Part shown: in pieces, positions 32,827 to 43,095 of the stretch
Numbering within the stretch: position 1 is the stretch's first letter
Layout of the letters: every line of letters begins with the position of its first letter
NCBI GenBank assembly: GCA_043803765.1
Contig: JAZDJQ010000001.1
Span: forward strand, 32,150-96,149
Origin: Candidatus Iainarchaeum sp.
Lineage (GTDB): Archaea > Iainarchaeota > Iainarchaeia > Iainarchaeales > VGJJ01
Length of the DNA stretch: 64,000 bases
Direction of reading: 5' to 3'
Notes under the pieces: generated by a model
The model's input: only the letters and a program-made list of their open reading frames with translations
Told to the model about the DNA's origin: nothing
Database searches by the model: none
Program-made: the position numbers and the translations under genes

Positions 32827-34284
32827 CTAGTCTATTCCCTGTGCTTTCTGTAGTTTTCCCGAATAATCGATGTACACTGTTTTGGTCTCTGAGAACTCGT
32901 GTATTCCTTCTATTCCTGCTTCTCGTGTTCCATTTCCTGTTTGTTTGACTCCTCCGAATGGCAGGTGTACTTCCGCACCAATCGTGGAACTATTCACATA
33001 CGTAATGCCTGCTTCAATTTTTTCGATTGCCAGCATGGCGTTTGTGATGTCGTTCGTGTAGATGCTGCTACTTAATCCGTATTCGATTCCATTGCACACG
33101 CGAATGGCATCATTCAGGTTTCGTATTCGGATAATAGCAGTAATGGGTCCAAATATTTCTTCTTGTGCAATGCGTGCATTTGGTTTCACGTGTGAAAAAA
33201 CGGTTGGTTCGAAGAAAAATCCTTTTTCGTTGGGCGTTTTTCCTCCGCATAGTATTTTTCCTTCTTTTCTTCCAATGGTAGAATACCGGATGGTCTTTTC
33301 CAGCGCCTTTTCGTTAATGAGTGGTCCAACGTCTGTTTTTTTGTCTAATCCGTTTCCAATTCGTAATTTTTTTACTCGGTTCACGAGTTTTTCTTCCAGT
33401 GTTTTTGCTATTTTTTCGTGTACAATTACGCGTGATGCTGCCGTACATCGCTGTCCTGTCGTTCCAAATGCTCCCCAGATGATCCCATCCACTGCTAAGT
33501 CTAAATTGGCATCGTCCATTACGATGATGGCGTTTTTTCCTCCGAGTTCCAATCCAATCTTTTTGATTCCTGCATTTTGGGTAATCCATTTTCCTGTTTC
33601 TTTGCTTCCCGTGAATGATAATCCGCGTATGTCGTGGTGTCGTACAATAGTTCCACCTACTTCTTCCGCGCTTCCCGTTACCATGTTAATAACTCCATCT
33701 GGCACTCCTGCTTCGTGAATGATATTCACTAAATCCATTGCGCATCGCGGCGTATCTGAGCTGGGTTTGAATACGATGGTGTTTCCGCAGACAAGTGCGG
33801 GCGCTATTTTCCATGATGGAATCGCAATGGGAAAATTCCATGGAGTGATGATTCCAACAACCCCTACGGGTGTGCGTGTCGTGTAAGCGATTTTGTTTTT
33901 TAGTTCACTTGGCGTGGTGTGTCCATACAATCGTCTTCCTTCTCCTGCCATGTATTCAAATAGGTCGATTCCTTCTTGCACATCTCCTCGTGCTTCTTTC
34001 AATACTTTTCCCATTTCTTCGCTCATTCGCCGTGCGAGTTTTTCTTTTTCTTTTCTCATTCGTCGTGCAATTTCGAATAAATACTCTGCTCGTTTTGGTG
34101 CGGGTGTTTCTTTCCATTCCTTGAGTGCTTTTTTAGCCGATTCAACTGCTTTTTCTACGTCGTGCGATGTTCCGCTTGGGAATTCCGCTATTTTTTTTCC
34201 AGTAGCAGGGTTGAGGCTTGGGAATCGTTTTCTTCCCTCTCCGGTGGTCCATTTTCCTTCAATAAAAATTCTATTCTCGTGCAT
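32827..34284 (-). CDS. Aldehyde dehydrogenase
   Basis: ITPWNFP, FTGS, LELGGKN, GQRCTA, EEIFGP, PFGG. Confidence 0.95.
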   Translation of the reverse strand: MHENRIFIEGKWTTGEGRKRFPSLNPATGKKIAEFPSGTSHDVEKAVESAKKALKEWKETPAPKRAEYLFEIARRMRKEKEKLARRMSEEMGKVLKEARGDVQEGIDLFEYMAGEGRRLYGHTTPSELKNKIAYTTRTPVGVVGIITPWNFPIAIPSWKIAPALVCGNTIVFKPSSDTPRCAMDLVNIIHEAGVPDGVINMVTGSAEEVGGTIVRHHDIRGLSFTGSKETGKWITQNAGIKKIGLELGGKNAIIVMDDANLDLAVDGIIWGAFGTTGQRCTAASRVIVHEKIAKTLEEKLVNRVKKLRIGNGLDKKTDVGPLINEKALEKTIRYSTIGRKEGKILCGGKTPNEKGFFFEPTVFSHVKPNARIAQEEIFGPITAIIRIRNLNDAIRVCNGIEYGLSSSIYTNDITNAMLAIEKIEAGITYVNSSTIGAEVHLPFGGVKQTGNGTREAGIEGIHEFSETKTVYIDYSGKLQKAQGID

Positions 34285-34380
34285 GCTTGTTTCATTATTT
34301 TGGGCTATAAAATGCTTCTATTCCATGATTTGCGATGCGGGCAGGGTAACCTATATAAATAGGCACAACGAAGAAATAGT

Positions 34381-34761
34381 ATGACAATCGATATATCGAA
34401 GGTGAGTATGCTCGAGCTTCAAGTGTTGTGGCACCTCTCTCGGCAGGACGCACACGGGTATGCCCTTATCCAAGACCTTTCAAAACATCGTTCTTCTCCT
34501 CTTACTCCCGGGACGCTTTATCCTTTGCTTCGTCGTTTTTCTCAGCATGGGTTAATTGCTATTTCTCAAACGGGTGATAGGGAAAAGAAAACGTATACGC
34601 TTACAAGTGATGGAAAACGTGTACTTGACAAACTAGCAGGGGAGTTTGTGGAAACATTTGATGGGATTTACACGCATTATCATTGCACGGCTTGCACTCA
34701 TTTCTTGCATGACAAAGAAAGTATTCCTTCTATTCGTCCTTCTTCAAAAGGGAGCATATGA
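34381..34761 (+). CDS. PadR-family regulator with His/Cys tail
   Basis: HGYALI, PGTLYPLL, KKTYTLT..G; C-terminal HYHCTACTHFLH. Confidence 0.85.
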   Translation: MTIDISKVSMLELQVLWHLSRQDAHGYALIQDLSKHRSSPLTPGTLYPLLRRFSQHGLIAISQTGDREKKTYTLTSDGKRVLDKLAGEFVETFDGIYTHYHCTACTHFLHDKESIPSIRPSSKGSI

Positions 34762-34762
34762 C

Positions 34763-36184
34763 ATGTCTTCTCTTTCAAGCACGAACAATCGCACCACTCT
34801 TGTTGCACTTGACCGTGATGTCTTTGACCATGCGGACACCGAATCCCATTCATACAAAGCACTCCCCGGTCTTTCCGAATCGCTCGTGCGCGAGATTTCA
34901 AAGCAAAAAAATGAACCTGCGTGGATGCTTGACATTCGTCTCCGCGGTTTGCGTGCATTTCTTCAAACACCTGTTCCAACGTGGGGTCCTGATTTGTCTT
35001 TGTTAAAGTTCGAGGATATTATTTATTATGCGCGCCCCGATGCTAAAAACGATAGTGAAAAATGGGAGGATGTTCCTGCTGAAATAAAAAAAACGTTTGA
35101 TCGGTTGGGTATTCCTGAAGCGGAGCAAAAATATCTGGCGGGTGCCGGTGCTCAATATGATTCAACCGTTGTTTATCATAAAATTAGGAGTGATTTACAA
35201 AAAAAAGGGGTTATTTTCGAAGACATGGATGTTGCGTTGCATAAGTATCCTGATTTAGTGAAAGAATATTTCATGACAAAATGTATTCCTGTTGCGGATC
35301 ATAAGTTTGTCATGCTTCATGCCGCGGTATGGAGTGGTGGAACATTTATTTATGTTCCAAAAAATGTGCGTGTTGACCTTCCACTGCAAGCCTATTTTCG
35401 AATGAATGCTAAAAGTGGCGGACAATTTGAACATACGTTAATTATTGTAGATGAGGGAGCAGAACTCCACTATTTGGAAGGGTGCTCCGCACCGCAATAT
35501 GCGCTTAATTCGCTTCATGCCGGGTGTGTGGAAATTTTTGTTAAAAAGAATGCGCGGATGCGCTACTCTTCCGTTGAAAACTGGTCCCGCAACACCTATA
35601 ATTTGAACACGAAACGTTCTATTGTAGAAGAAAATGCATTCATGGAGTGGGTTTCTGCCCAAACAGGGTCGGGAACCACGATGTTATACCCTTGCTCCAT
35701 TCTCAAGGGGGAGAACGCCAAGGCAGATCATCTTTCTATTGCGGTAGCGGGAAAAAACCAGTATCAGGATACCGGTGCTAAAGTGTATCATCTTGCGCCG
35801 CATACTCATTCTATTGTTCGTGCCAAGTCTATTTCTAAAGATGGCGGGGTGAATACTTTTCGCAGTCATGTAAAGGTGAATAAGAATGCTTCGGATTGTA
35901 AGATTTCGATCAAATGCGATGCGTTGCAAATGGATGATGCTTCTATTTCTAATACGTTTCCTTTTATGAAAATTCTTAATTCGGATGTGGATGTGGCGCA
36001 TGAAGCAACGGTTGGAAAGATTGACGCTAGTCAAGTATTCTATCTCATGTCTCGCGGTCTTTCAGAGGAACAGGCGACACAGCTTATCGTGCAGGGTTTT
36101 GTTGAGAATGTGGTGAGGGAGCTTCCTTTAGAATACGCTGTTGAATTAAACCGTCTTATTGCAATGGAGATAGAAAATCACTAA
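34763..36184 (+). CDS. sufB: Fe-S assembly scaffold SufB
   Basis: FDRLGIPEAE, AVWSGG, GQFEHTLI, EGCSAP, HEATVGKI. Confidence 0.95.
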   Translation: MSSLSSTNNRTTLVALDRDVFDHADTESHSYKALPGLSESLVREISKQKNEPAWMLDIRLRGLRAFLQTPVPTWGPDLSLLKFEDIIYYARPDAKNDSEKWEDVPAEIKKTFDRLGIPEAEQKYLAGAGAQYDSTVVYHKIRSDLQKKGVIFEDMDVALHKYPDLVKEYFMTKCIPVADHKFVMLHAAVWSGGTFIYVPKNVRVDLPLQAYFRMNAKSGGQFEHTLIIVDEGAELHYLEGCSAPQYALNSLHAGCVEIFVKKNARMRYSSVENWSRNTYNLNTKRSIVEENAFMEWVSAQTGSGTTMLYPCSILKGENAKADHLSIAVAGKNQYQDTGAKVYHLAPHTHSIVRAKSISKDGGVNTFRSHVKVNKNASDCKISIKCDALQMDDASISNTFPFMKILNSDVDVAHEATVGKIDASQVFYLMSRGLSEEQATQLIVQGFVENVVRELPLEYAVELNRLIAMEIENH

Positions 36185-36196
36185 TGGGGAAAAAGT

Positions 36197-37351
36197 ATGT
36201 CTTTTCGTCAACCTTTTTTTCATCTTCGTGAAAAGGCAACTGCTGCCTTATGCCAGTTATCCGTCCCTTCTTCTCGCTACGGTTTAGATATTTTTCTTCC
36301 TTCTCCTAAACTTACTTCTTTTTCTTCAGCTTCCGATGCTTCATTCCGTTTTTTTCAGGAGAAAGACGGGGTTGTGATGATGGATTTTCATACGGCGTTG
36401 GAAAAGTTTCCTGATATGTTGTCCTCTCTTGCTTCGCTATTGGATGAGGAGGATTATTTTGAGATGCATCATCTCGCTTCCATTGAAAATGGTCTTCTTA
36501 TTTGGGTGAATGAGCACGTTTCTCCCGCGCAACCTTTTTCTATTCCTTCTCTTCCGCTTGCTGTTTCCCATATCCTTCTCATTGCTTCTTCTCATTCTCG
36601 TATAACTTGTGTTTATTCTCCTTCTCCTCTTTCATCTTCTCCTTCTTCTTCTGTTATTGAAATTGTTGCTTCTCCTTATTCGCATGTTGATTTTGTTTCG
36701 ATGTCTCCTTCTTCTCCTTCTTCTTTTCATTTTTCTTTGCGTAAGTCTAGTGTTTCCTATCATGCATCGGTGAATTGGTATTGGGTTGAATCAGGCGCCT
36801 CTCTTTTGCGCACCATTACTTCTTCTTCTCTTATTGGGGAGCGTGCTTCCTCTAAAGATATTGGTCTTATTCTTGGTCATGCGGAAAACGTGTTAGATGT
36901 TCATCAATCCGCGTATCATTCCCATCCATCTACTAAATCCCAGATTCTTCTTCGCGGAACGTTGGACGATTATTCTAAATGTGTGTATCATGGTCTTCTT
37001 CATATGATTCCTTCCGCGCGGGGCAGTGTGGGTCATCAGCGGGCAGATTTTCTTCTTCTTTCCCCTCATGCCGAGGTCGACCCTGTTCCTTCATTGGAAA
37101 TAGAAGGGTCGGATGTTCATTGTTCTCACGCGGCAACTATTGGGCGTCTTGATAAGGAAAAACTATTCTATCTTTCTTCTCGCGGCTTGGATGCCGCGCG
37201 GTCTCGTTCGCTTTATATTAGTGGTTTTATCACTCATCTTCTTTCTCATTTCCCTGATTCCATTTCCCTTGATGTTATCCGTAGTATTATAACTTCCACT
37301 CTTCCCTTTTTTGACTACTCTCATCCTATGGATGTGGGGGTTGTGGCATGA
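36197..37351 (+). CDS. sufD: Fe-S assembly protein SufD (Ser-rich, divergent)
   Basis: PSLEIEGSDVHCSHAATIG..LFYLSSRG. Confidence 0.85.
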   Translation: MSFRQPFFHLREKATAALCQLSVPSSRYGLDIFLPSPKLTSFSSASDASFRFFQEKDGVVMMDFHTALEKFPDMLSSLASLLDEEDYFEMHHLASIENGLLIWVNEHVSPAQPFSIPSLPLAVSHILLIASSHSRITCVYSPSPLSSSPSSSVIEIVASPYSHVDFVSMSPSSPSSFHFSLRKSSVSYHASVNWYWVESGASLLRTITSSSLIGERASSKDIGLILGHAENVLDVHQSAYHSHPSTKSQILLRGTLDDYSKCVYHGLLHMIPSARGSVGHQRADFLLLSPHAEVDPVPSLEIEGSDVHCSHAATIGRLDKEKLFYLSSRGLDAARSRSLYISGFITHLLSHFPDSISLDVIRSIITSTLPFFDYSHPMDVGVVA

Positions 37352-38586
37352 TTCCTAGTTCCGAATGGGTCATTCGAAAACAGTTTCCTATTCTCTCGCG
37401 TAAAGTGGGGAAGTTTCCACTCGTATATTTGGATAATGCAGCTACCACTCAGAAACCTCTTTCCGTGTTGCAGAAAATGGAAACGTATTATCGTTTTCAT
37501 AATGCAAATGTGCATCGTGGGATTCATCAGCTTGCGGAGGAAGCCACGTTGGCATATGAGCATGCTCATTCCAATGTTGCACGTTTGATTCATGCTCGTT
37601 CTTTAAGTGAAATTGTGTTCACTCGTGGAACAACCGATGCATTAAACATGCTTGCGCGCATGCTTGCTTCAAAAGTTGGGCACGGGGACGAAATTCTAGT
37701 GTCTCAAATTGAGCATCATTCTAATCTTATTCCCTGGCAGCAGCTTGCTAAACAAAAAGGGGCTGTTCTTCGTTTTATTCCCTACGATTCCAAGTCGGGT
37801 GCTCTTTCTTTGAATTCTTTGCATAAACTTATTACTCCTAAGACAAAAATAGTGGCGCTTACGCACGTGTCAAATGTTTTGGGTTGTATTGTTCCTCTTA
37901 AGGATGTTATTTCACGTGCGCATGAGGTAAACGCATTCGTAGTGTTGGATGCCGCCCAGAGCACAGCCCATCTTCCGTTAAACGTGCACTCGTTAGATGT
38001 TGATTTTGCTTGTTTTTCCGGTCACAAAATGTACGGTCCAACGGGTATTGGAGTGTTGTTTGGTAAAGAGTCTCTTCTTTCTTCCCTTGACCCGGTTGTT
38101 TTTGGTGGGGAAATGGTGCGCGAGGTGTATTTTGACCGTGCGGTTTGGAATGAAACTCCTTGGAAGTTTGAGGCAGGTACTCCTCCTATTGCGGAAGGCG
38201 TTGGTTTGGGTGCGGCGGTTGATTTTCTTCTCGCTCAACGTATTTCTTCTATTCGTGCTCATGAGAAGAAACTATTGCGCAGAGCATATGACAACATTTC
38301 ATCTCTTTCTAATATTACCGTGTACGGTCCTTCATCTATTGAGGAACGTTCCGGTGTTCTTGCATTTTCAGTGAAGGGAATTCATCCTCATGATGTGGCG
38401 GCATTTTTGAATGAGAAGGGTATTGCGGTTCGTGCAGGCCATCATTGCGCCATGCCTCTTACGCAACTTCTTGGTGTTCCTTCTACCACGCGTGCAAGTG
38501 TAGGCATATACAATACGCGTGCGGAAATCGATTTCCTTGTTGAGAGTCTTTCTCATGCGCAAAAGGTATTCAAAGGAGGTCTATAA
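37348..38586 (+). CDS. sufS: Cysteine desulfurase SufS
   Basis: YLDNAATTQKP, EHHSN, SGHKMYGPTG, RAGHHCA. Confidence 0.95.
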   Translation: MIPSSEWVIRKQFPILSRKVGKFPLVYLDNAATTQKPLSVLQKMETYYRFHNANVHRGIHQLAEEATLAYEHAHSNVARLIHARSLSEIVFTRGTTDALNMLARMLASKVGHGDEILVSQIEHHSNLIPWQQLAKQKGAVLRFIPYDSKSGALSLNSLHKLITPKTKIVALTHVSNVLGCIVPLKDVISRAHEVNAFVVLDAAQSTAHLPLNVHSLDVDFACFSGHKMYGPTGIGVLFGKESLLSSLDPVVFGGEMVREVYFDRAVWNETPWKFEAGTPPIAEGVGLGAAVDFLLAQRISSIRAHEKKLLRRAYDNISSLSNITVYGPSSIEERSGVLAFSVKGIHPHDVAAFLNEKGIAVRAGHHCAMPLTQLLGVPSTTRASVGIYNTRAEIDFLVESLSHAQKVFKGGL

Positions 38587-38589
38587 TTA

Positions 38590-39018
38590 ATGTCTGCTAC
38601 TAGTAAAGAGAAAGAATTTGCAGGCGACGGCATTTACCGAGAATTTATTCTTGACCATTATCACCATCCTCAGCATCATGGCACGCTTTCTCATCCTTCG
38701 ATCCATCATCGTGAAAAAAATATTTCGTGCGGGGATGATATTTCCATTCAAATTAAGCTTGATAAGAGTGGTCGAGTGGAAGATGCTCGTTTTACAGGCT
38801 CGTTGTGTGTTATTTCTACTGCCTCTGCCTCATTGTTGTTGGATGCGATTCGCGGTAAAACACCCAAGGAGATTTCCCTTTTTTCACGCGAGGATATTCT
38901 CAAATTGTTAGGTATTACGCTAGGTCCGACTCGTCTGAAGTGTGCGATGCTTCCTCTTGATACGATCAAAAATGCTTTTCATATTCATCATAACTACCAG
39001 GGGGCTAAACATGCCTGA
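38590..39018 (+). CDS. sufU: SufU/IscU-like scaffold or sulfurtransferase
   Basis: ILDHY, NISCGD, CVISTASAS, RLKCA. Confidence 0.9.
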   Translation: MSATSKEKEFAGDGIYREFILDHYHHPQHHGTLSHPSIHHREKNISCGDDISIQIKLDKSGRVEDARFTGSLCVISTASASLLLDAIRGKTPKEISLFSREDILKLLGITLGPTRLKCAMLPLDTIKNAFHIHHNYQGAKHA

Positions 39019-39763
39019 TCTTGTGATTCAAAATCTTCATGTTTCAGTAGGGGAAAAGGAAATTATTTCCGGGATAGATTTGTCTATTCGTTCGGGGGAA
39101 ATTGTCGCGCTTATGGGCCCGAATGGGAGTGGAAAATCCACTCTTGCGTATGTGTTGGCCGGCCACCCTCATTATCGTGTAACGAAAGGGAGTATTACAT
39201 TTGGTGGTAAAGATGTTCTTTCTCTCAAACCGCATGAGCGTTCAAAGTTGGGGTTGTTTCTTTCATTTCAATATCCTTCCGAAGTTTCCGGTGTTACTGT
39301 TTCTAATTTTCTTCGCACGGCAATGAATGCACGTGTAACGAGTCCTGTTAAAGTGGCTGATTTTGTTGTTAAGCTTAAAGAAAAAATGTCTCTTCTTAAG
39401 ATGGATTCAAAACTGGTTAATCGTTATCTCAATGAGGGGTTTTCGGGCGGAGAAAAAAAGCGATGCGAGATTCTCCAATTGGCGATGCTCGAACCTTCTC
39501 TTGCTATTCTTGATGAAACGGATTCGGGCATGGATGTGGATGCACTAAAAATACTAGGCGATGGTATTACCGCTATTGCAAAAGAGAATGGAATGGGGAT
39601 TCTCCTCATCACGCACTATAATCATGTTCTTCAATATATTCATCCGTCTCGAGTATACGTATTAGTGGATGGTAAGATTGTTGGTTCGGGTGGGGTTGAA
39701 TTGGCGCATCGGATTGAGAAGAATGGTTTTGATTCTTTTTCTATAAGGGCAGGGGTTGCATGA
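39011..39763 (+). CDS. sufC: Fe-S assembly ATPase SufC
   Basis: GPNGSGKST, FSGGEKKR, LDETDSG. Confidence 0.95.
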   Translation: MPDLVIQNLHVSVGEKEIISGIDLSIRSGEIVALMGPNGSGKSTLAYVLAGHPHYRVTKGSITFGGKDVLSLKPHERSKLGLFLSFQYPSEVSGVTVSNFLRTAMNARVTSPVKVADFVVKLKEKMSLLKMDSKLVNRYLNEGFSGGEKKRCEILQLAMLEPSLAILDETDSGMDVDALKILGDGITAIAKENGMGILLITHYNHVLQYIHPSRVYVLVDGKIVGSGGVELAHRIEKNGFDSFSIRAGVA

Positions 39764-40080
39764 CAGTTGGAGAGCAAAGTGAAAATTCCTTTGTTACAGA
39801 GAGTCAGGTTATGGAAGCGTTGAAGAGTGTGGAGGATCCCGAATTGCATGTGGATATTGTGACACTGGAACTCATTTATGGTATTCGTATTGATGGAAAA
39901 AGGATTCATATCACAATGACTCTTACTACTCCTGCTTGTCCATTTGGTCCTGCCCTTGTTGAGAGTGTTAAACAAGCTGTTCAGAAAATTCCTCTTGTTG
40001 AACACGTAGAAGTCCACGTGACATTTGAGCCGCTATGGCAGCCTTCGTATGATTTGAAGGCGTTAATGGGTCTGCTTTAA
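39760..40080 (+). CDS. sufT: DUF59/SufT Fe-S maturation protein
   Basis: DPELHVDIV, MTLTTPACP, FEPLW. Confidence 0.9.
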   Translation: MTVGEQSENSFVTESQVMEALKSVEDPELHVDIVTLELIYGIRIDGKRIHITMTLTTPACPFGPALVESVKQAVQKIPLVEHVEVHVTFEPLWQPSYDLKALMGLL

Positions 40081-40253
40081 CTTTTAGCAGAATCGGCATT
40101 GGTGGTTTTCTTTCTTTTTTTTCTTTGTGTTTTTTTTCTTGGAGACTGGCATGCGCACTCCTCCTTTTTTCGTCATTTGTCATGGCAAAGTTAGCGTTTA
40201 TAATTCTATTCACTCCTATTTTTTTTCATACTAATTAGTGCGAGTACTTTCCT

Positions 40254-41468
40254 ATGCGTCATTCCCTTGCTAAAAACAAATCATCCACCGGAACCGAGTC
40301 GGTTTCTCTTCATCGTGCTGTTGGGGGGAAGATTGGGGTTCATTCTAAAGTGAAAGTTCGGTCATCCCATGACCTTTCTCTTGCATATACTCCCGGCATT
40401 GCGCAGGTATCATTAGCAGTTGCCAAGAATCCTTCTCGTGCATTTGAGCTTACTCTCAAAAAGAATTCTCTTGCGGTTATTTCAGACGGAAGTAAAGTAT
40501 TAGGTTTGGGTAATCTTGGTGCGGTGGGTGCTATTCCGGTAATGGAAGGGAAAGCAGTTTTGTTTAAGGAATTTGCTGGAATTGATGCTTTTCCTATTTG
40601 TATTCAAACGCAGGAAACAAAAGAAATTATTTCGATTATTCGTAATATTTCTCCTGTTTTTGGTGCGATTAATCTGGAAGATTTTACTGCCCCAAAGTGT
40701 TTTGAGATTGAAGCGGGGTTGCAAGATTTAGGTATTCCTGTTTTTCATGATGACCAGCATGGAACCACTATAGTCGTGTGTGCCGCGCTTCTTAATGCGG
40801 CAAAGGTGGTGAAGAAGCCCTTCTCTTCCCTGCGTGTGTGTATTAATGGTGCGGGTGCTGCCGGAAACGCTATTGCTAAGATGCTAATGAGAAAAAACGA
40901 TTCGCATGGCTTTCCTTCAGTAAAAGAAATCATTCTCTGCGATTCTAAGGGGATTCTTTCCTCTCATCGTGGTGATTTGGATTTCGCCAAAAAGGAGCTT
41001 CTTCGGTTTACTAATCCGCATAAAATTGTTGGACGTCTTTCGGATGCATTAGCAGGGATGGATGTTTTCATTGGTGTTTCGGTTGCTGATGCACTCAACC
41101 CCGATTGGATAAAACAGATGAGCAAGAACCCTATCATTTTTGCTTTGGCTAATCCTACTCCTGAAATTATGCCGGATGTTGCACGGAAAGCGGGTGCTTT
41201 TATTGTGGCGACGGGCCGTTCCGATTTTCCCAATCAGGTGAATAATGCGCTTGTTTTTCCCGGCATTTTCCGTGGTGCATTGGATGCTCATGCGGTGCGA
41301 ATTACGGAAGGAATGAATAATGTTGCTACTCACACACTGGCAAATATGGTTCCTTTTCCTACGCGTGAAAAAATTCTACCCCCTCTTTTGGATAGGAGTG
41401 TTGCAAAAAAAATTGCGGCCGCCGTTAAGGCACAGGCATTGAAGGAAAAAGTCACGCGTTCAACGTAA
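40254..41468 (+). CDS. NAD(P)-dependent malic enzyme
   Basis: AYTPG, MEGK, NLED, HDDQHGT, GAGAAG, ATGRSDFPNQVNN. Confidence 0.95.
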   Translation: MRHSLAKNKSSTGTESVSLHRAVGGKIGVHSKVKVRSSHDLSLAYTPGIAQVSLAVAKNPSRAFELTLKKNSLAVISDGSKVLGLGNLGAVGAIPVMEGKAVLFKEFAGIDAFPICIQTQETKEIISIIRNISPVFGAINLEDFTAPKCFEIEAGLQDLGIPVFHDDQHGTTIVVCAALLNAAKVVKKPFSSLRVCINGAGAAGNAIAKMLMRKNDSHGFPSVKEIILCDSKGILSSHRGDLDFAKKELLRFTNPHKIVGRLSDALAGMDVFIGVSVADALNPDWIKQMSKNPIIFALANPTPEIMPDVARKAGAFIVATGRSDFPNQVNNALVFPGIFRGALDAHAVRITEGMNNVATHTLANMVPFPTREKILPPLLDRSVAKKIAAAVKAQALKEKVTRST

Positions 41469-42240
41469 CAGTTTTTCCTTTTTCCTCTTTTGCGAGTTGT
41501 TCTCTTCCTTTTTCTGTGAGAATGAGAATATTTCCTCTTCCCTTTTTTATTTTTTTGATGAATCCATAGCTTTCCATTTCCGATACAACGAGTGAGACTT
41601 TTGCTTCTCCAATATTTACAAGTGCTCGTAATTCTTTTTGTGTCATCCTGTTTCCCCCTCGTTGAAGGTGATGTAATGCTTCTTTAGCATACGTGTCGAG
41701 GATTATTTCTTCTTTTTTCTCCTCTGTTTTTTTTTCTACTTGTTTTTTTTCCTCTTCTGTTGGAGAAAAAGTGTTTTTCCTCACATTCAATATGGCATAT
41801 CCCGCTCCCACTAATACTATTCCTATTACCATCCACCATCCTATTGTGCTTTGTGCGAGCTGGTCCCATACCGTAATAGGCGGTTCCTCATCGGGGAGAG
41901 TGACATCAGGAATTTCTCCAATGATTGGCAATAGAATCAAATCAATCGTATAGGTTCCTTTTTCTCCTTCGATGGTGATGAGTTGTATTGCTTCTTGTAC
42001 TACGATTCCTTGTTCCATGAGTGTGGCTTTCAATGTGTATTTTCCTTCTCCTGCTTCGAACGAATAGATTCCGTCTTTCGCTAATTTGGTCTGCGCAGGA
42101 TTTGTATCAAGGGTTACGATGGCATTTTGCACTGCTTCGAGTGTTAGTCCGTCGTATACGGTTCCTTCAATTAGGGTGGCGTGCGCACTTGGAAAAGCGA
42201 ATAGTAATGCGCACAGGATAATCCATTCACGTGCTTGCAT
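41452..42240 (-). CDS. Membrane-spanning regulator: extracellular Ig-like domain, TM, C-terminal wHTH (COG2512-like)
   Basis: Signal peptide; TM; TQKELR..EAKVSLVVSEMESYGFIKKIKKGRGNIL. Confidence 0.8.
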   Translation of the reverse strand: MQAREWIILCALLFAFPSAHATLIEGTVYDGLTLEAVQNAIVTLDTNPAQTKLAKDGIYSFEAGEGKYTLKATLMEQGIVVQEAIQLITIEGEKGTYTIDLILLPIIGEIPDVTLPDEEPPITVWDQLAQSTIGWWMVIGIVLVGAGYAILNVRKNTFSPTEEEKKQVEKKTEEKKEEIILDTYAKEALHHLQRGGNRMTQKELRALVNIGEAKVSLVVSEMESYGFIKKIKKGRGNILILTEKGREQLAKEEKGKTVTLNA

Positions 42241-42397
42241 ATTCGGATACTGTTCCCTCTTCCTTATAACAATAAGGCTTTTTTTCTTTTCTTTCTATCT
42301 AAAACGTTCATATAAAGGATATTTTTTTCTTCTTTCATCACTCTTTTTTTCTCTTTAACAAGAATAGTTATAAATCACCCCCTTCCATCTTCTCATT

Positions 42398-43051
42398 ATG
42401 CCTCCTTTTTCTCGTGTATTATTTTTTCTGCTCCTTTTTCTTTCACTTTCGAGTATTGTCTTTTCCCAGTCTTCCCGTGGAACGGGTTCAGCAGTTTCTC
42501 CTATTTCCCCTGACCCTATTACCCCACTTTTGGTTCGGTCTTCTTCTCCTAACTCTTTGGTGGGTATTTCAACCACGGATGCCTCTTCTCGGGCTGTTCT
42601 GGCGCAAGAGGCATCGGCTTATGCTACTCTTCGTAGGGAATGGAATGAGTCGTCATCGGTTGGAATTCCTTCTGCCGAATTGCGTTCTTTCTTGGTGGAA
42701 TCGCGTCATCGTTATCTTATGGCAATTCATAATCGTCTTGTTTCAATATATCATCGTATGGATTATCTCATTCAAAAACTCAATCCTTCTCTTGTTCGAA
42801 TGCGTTCTGTTCATAGTCAAAATCCCCATATTTCTTATTTTGATTCCCGTTTGAATTCTCTTTCTGTTTCTATTGCTTCTCTTGAGAAGGAATCCGATGC
42901 TCTTGCTCGTCTTCTCGAATCATGTCCTTCTTCTGTTGATTTTAGTCAGTGTGTTAAAGAGTCCCGTGATGCTTCTTCTCAATTACTTGCTCACTTAACT
43001 TCCTATATGGTGGAACATCGCGAATTAGTTTCTCTTCTTGTTTCTTCCTAG
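42398..43051 (+). CDS. Secreted helical hypothetical protein
   Basis: Signal peptide; heptad-like helices; one Cys pair. Confidence 0.6.
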   Translation: MPPFSRVLFFLLLFLSLSSIVFSQSSRGTGSAVSPISPDPITPLLVRSSSPNSLVGISTTDASSRAVLAQEASAYATLRREWNESSSVGIPSAELRSFLVESRHRYLMAIHNRLVSIYHRMDYLIQKLNPSLVRMRSVHSQNPHISYFDSRLNSLSVSIASLEKESDALARLLESCPSSVDFSQCVKESRDASSQLLAHLTSYMVEHRELVSLLVSS

Positions 43052-43095
43052 TTTTAGGATAACGTATATAACTCGTTTCCTTCTATTTCATTATC

